From positions 9,798,001-9,862,000 of the forward strand of contig NC_045697.1 in the NCBI RefSeq assembly GCF_009834535.1: a DNA stretch of 64,000 bases. The letters are read 5' to 3'. The translations under genes were made by a program, and so were the position numbers. Positions 61,960-64,000 of the stretch are shown in pieces. Origin of the DNA: Camelus ferus (lineage: Eukaryota). The notes beneath the pieces were generated by a model. That model was not told the origin of the DNA. It made no database searches and saw only the letters and a program-made list of their open reading frames with translations. Each line of letters begins with the position of its first letter. Within the stretch, counting starts at the first letter, position 1.

Positions 61960-64000
61960 TATCTGTAGTTATTCTTTTTATTGATAACCAGACTCATTGT
62001 ATGAAATTATATCACAATTTGTTTATCCATTTCCCTATCAATGGACATTTAAGTTGTTTTCTATCTGGGGCCTATTGTGGATAAAACTGCCATGAACATT
62101 TTTGTTCTCTTTTTCTTTTCTGAGAGGGTGTGTGTATGTGTGTGTGTGTGTGTACATAAGCACTGATTTTTTTTTTTGTACATATAACTAAGAGTGGAAT
62201 ATTTGGTTCATAGAGTAAGTATATGTTTAACTTTTTAGAAACTACCAAGCAGTTCCCCAATTTTATACGCCAACAGAGTGTAGGACTGACTTTGGGTTGT
62301 TAGCTTTTTAATCTTACTGATGTGTAGATGGTGTCTTGTTACGGTTCTAATCTGTATCTTCCTGATGGCTAAGGATGATGTTAAAGCACCTTTTCACATG
62401 CTTATCACCCATTCTATTACAGTCTTTATAAAGTGGCAGTGCAGTCTTTTGTCCATTTGTTTAATTCAGTTATTTGTATTCATTTATGACAGTTCTTTAT
62501 GTATTTTGTCCTATTTTCTATTAGTTGCTTGTCTTTTCATTTTATTAACAGTATCTCTTGATAAGCAGAAAAATACTTAATCCTAATGGAGGTCCAGTTT
62601 TCTTTCATCATCAGTGCATTTTGGTCCTAAGAAATTGCCTATCCCCAAATATCATGGAGAAATCCTTAGGAGCTGTGTTGTTTTAGCTTTCACATTTAAG
62701 TCTATCATCCTTCTTGAATTTGTTCTTGTGTACTGTGTAATAATAGGGATCAAAGCTCTTTCCCTTCCCCCAATTGGATATCCATTGCTCCACCACCATC
62801 TAAAAGGTGAAAAGAAAAAAAAAAAATCTTCCTTTCCATATTGAATTGCATTGGTATTTTTGAAAAACAGCAAGTGATGTATATGTGTGATTCTATTTCT
62901 GGACTCCATTTTGTTCCATTTATATCCTCCAACATGGTTTTTTATGCGATTTTTTAAAAAAATATTTTGAATCCTTTGATTTACCATAAGTTTTAGAACT
63001 TGCTTGTGAATTTCTGTAAGACAGAATGTGCTGGGGGTTTTAATGAGATTGTATTAAATCTATAGATAAAATAATCTGGAGAGAATTTACATCTCACTCG
63101 TTGATTTCTTCTTTCTATCCATTTATTTTGATTTTTTAAAAGTTCTCAGGAAATTTTTGTCATTTGTCAAATTTCCCAGGAAATTTTGTCAGGAGGTCTT
63201 TACCTATCTTCTGTTCAGTTTTATTACTAAGTGTTTCGAGTTTTGATGACATGGGAATGGTGATATTTTTATTTTTTCCCAATTGTTTATTAGTGTTGTT
63301 TAGAAATAAACTGATTTTTGTAAGTTGACTCTGCATTTGTTCCCTAGCTAAATGTACTTATTTCCGTTAGTTTGATTCTGAATTTTCCATATACAATCAT
63401 GTTCTTAGCAATAAAGACAGTTTTACTTTCTTCCTTTCAAATATTTGAAACTTTTTCTCGTCCTATTGTGTACTTGTTCTACCTTCAGTATAATGTTGAA
63501 TAAAAACAGTGAGAGGTGAACATCCTTCCAAACTTCAAAAGGAAAACATTGGATAGTTTATCATTAAAATTGTAAACACTGGTTTTTTACTCTTTATCAG
63601 ACTGAGGAAATTCCCATCTATTCCTAGTGTGCTGAGAGTTTTTTTTTTTTTTAATCATGTTGAATTTTGTCAAATGTATTTCTTACGTCTGTGGAATTGT
63701 TTGTATGGTATTTCTATTCCTTCTGTTAATGTGGTGAATTATAGTAATTTTCAAATGTCAATCAGTCTTAACATTCCTGGGATGAATCCCACTTAATCAT
63801 GATGTATTTCCCATTTTTATTATTTCTGGATTCAATCTATCAGTATTTTCTTTAGAATTTTTGTCTCTGTTTCATGAGGGTGTATTGGTAGTGTATTGCT
63901 TTCTGAATGTTCTTGTCAGGTTTTAGTATCAAGTTTGCCCAACAAATTAGGAAATTTAGCCTTTAAGTATCCATACGTTCTGTGTTGATTGATAGTTCTC
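61960..64000 (-). mobile_element. Old L1 fragment, antisense to CPEB2, running off the window end
   Basis: ORF 62652-62987(-) has decayed L1 ORF2 similarity (WNKMES...KNTNAIQYGKE...TNSRRMIDLNVKAKT). Also tcagtataatgttgaat and tgaattttgtcaaatg. Confidence 0.85.

Noticed and set aside
53871..64000. Next CPEB2 exon (expected to start near GRSSLFP and lead to the RRMs)
   Set aside because: No matching sequence found by eye; it probably lies beyond the window.

Overview
Mammalian genomic DNA, most likely camelid given a tRNA-Ala-derived vic-1-type SINE and no recognisable Alu, Bov-A/B or CAN-SINE. The window holds the promoter and 5' part of CPEB2 (cytoplasmic polyadenylation element-binding protein 2) on the + strand. 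About 17 kb of repeat-rich upstream DNA (L2, MIR, L1, hAT and mariner MITEs) precedes a ~3.5 kb CpG island. Six coding exons can be read with GT-AG boundaries and consistent phase: 18051-19742, 22668-22949, 23698-23787 (90-nt cassette), 31074-31164, 46841-46891 (51 nt) and 53847-53870 (24-nt microexon). Together they give ~743 aa of the disordered N-terminal region; the RRM/ZZ exons lie beyond the window. I see no prokaryote-style novel system. The most interesting signals are in RNA processing. The 90-nt cassette begins with GTGAGA and rebuilds a strong 5' splice site once joined to exon 2 (candidate recursive-splicing exon). A weak first AUG is followed by a ladder of in-frame AUGs, one matching the CPEB3-type N-terminus. 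The CPEB4-like Arg-rich microexon is present. Also seen: a decayed U6 retrocopy, a tiny L1 insertion with TSDs, and an old duplication of an LTR plus its flank. Repeat family names and homology statements come from recalled consensus sequences, not database searches, and repeat boundaries are approximate.
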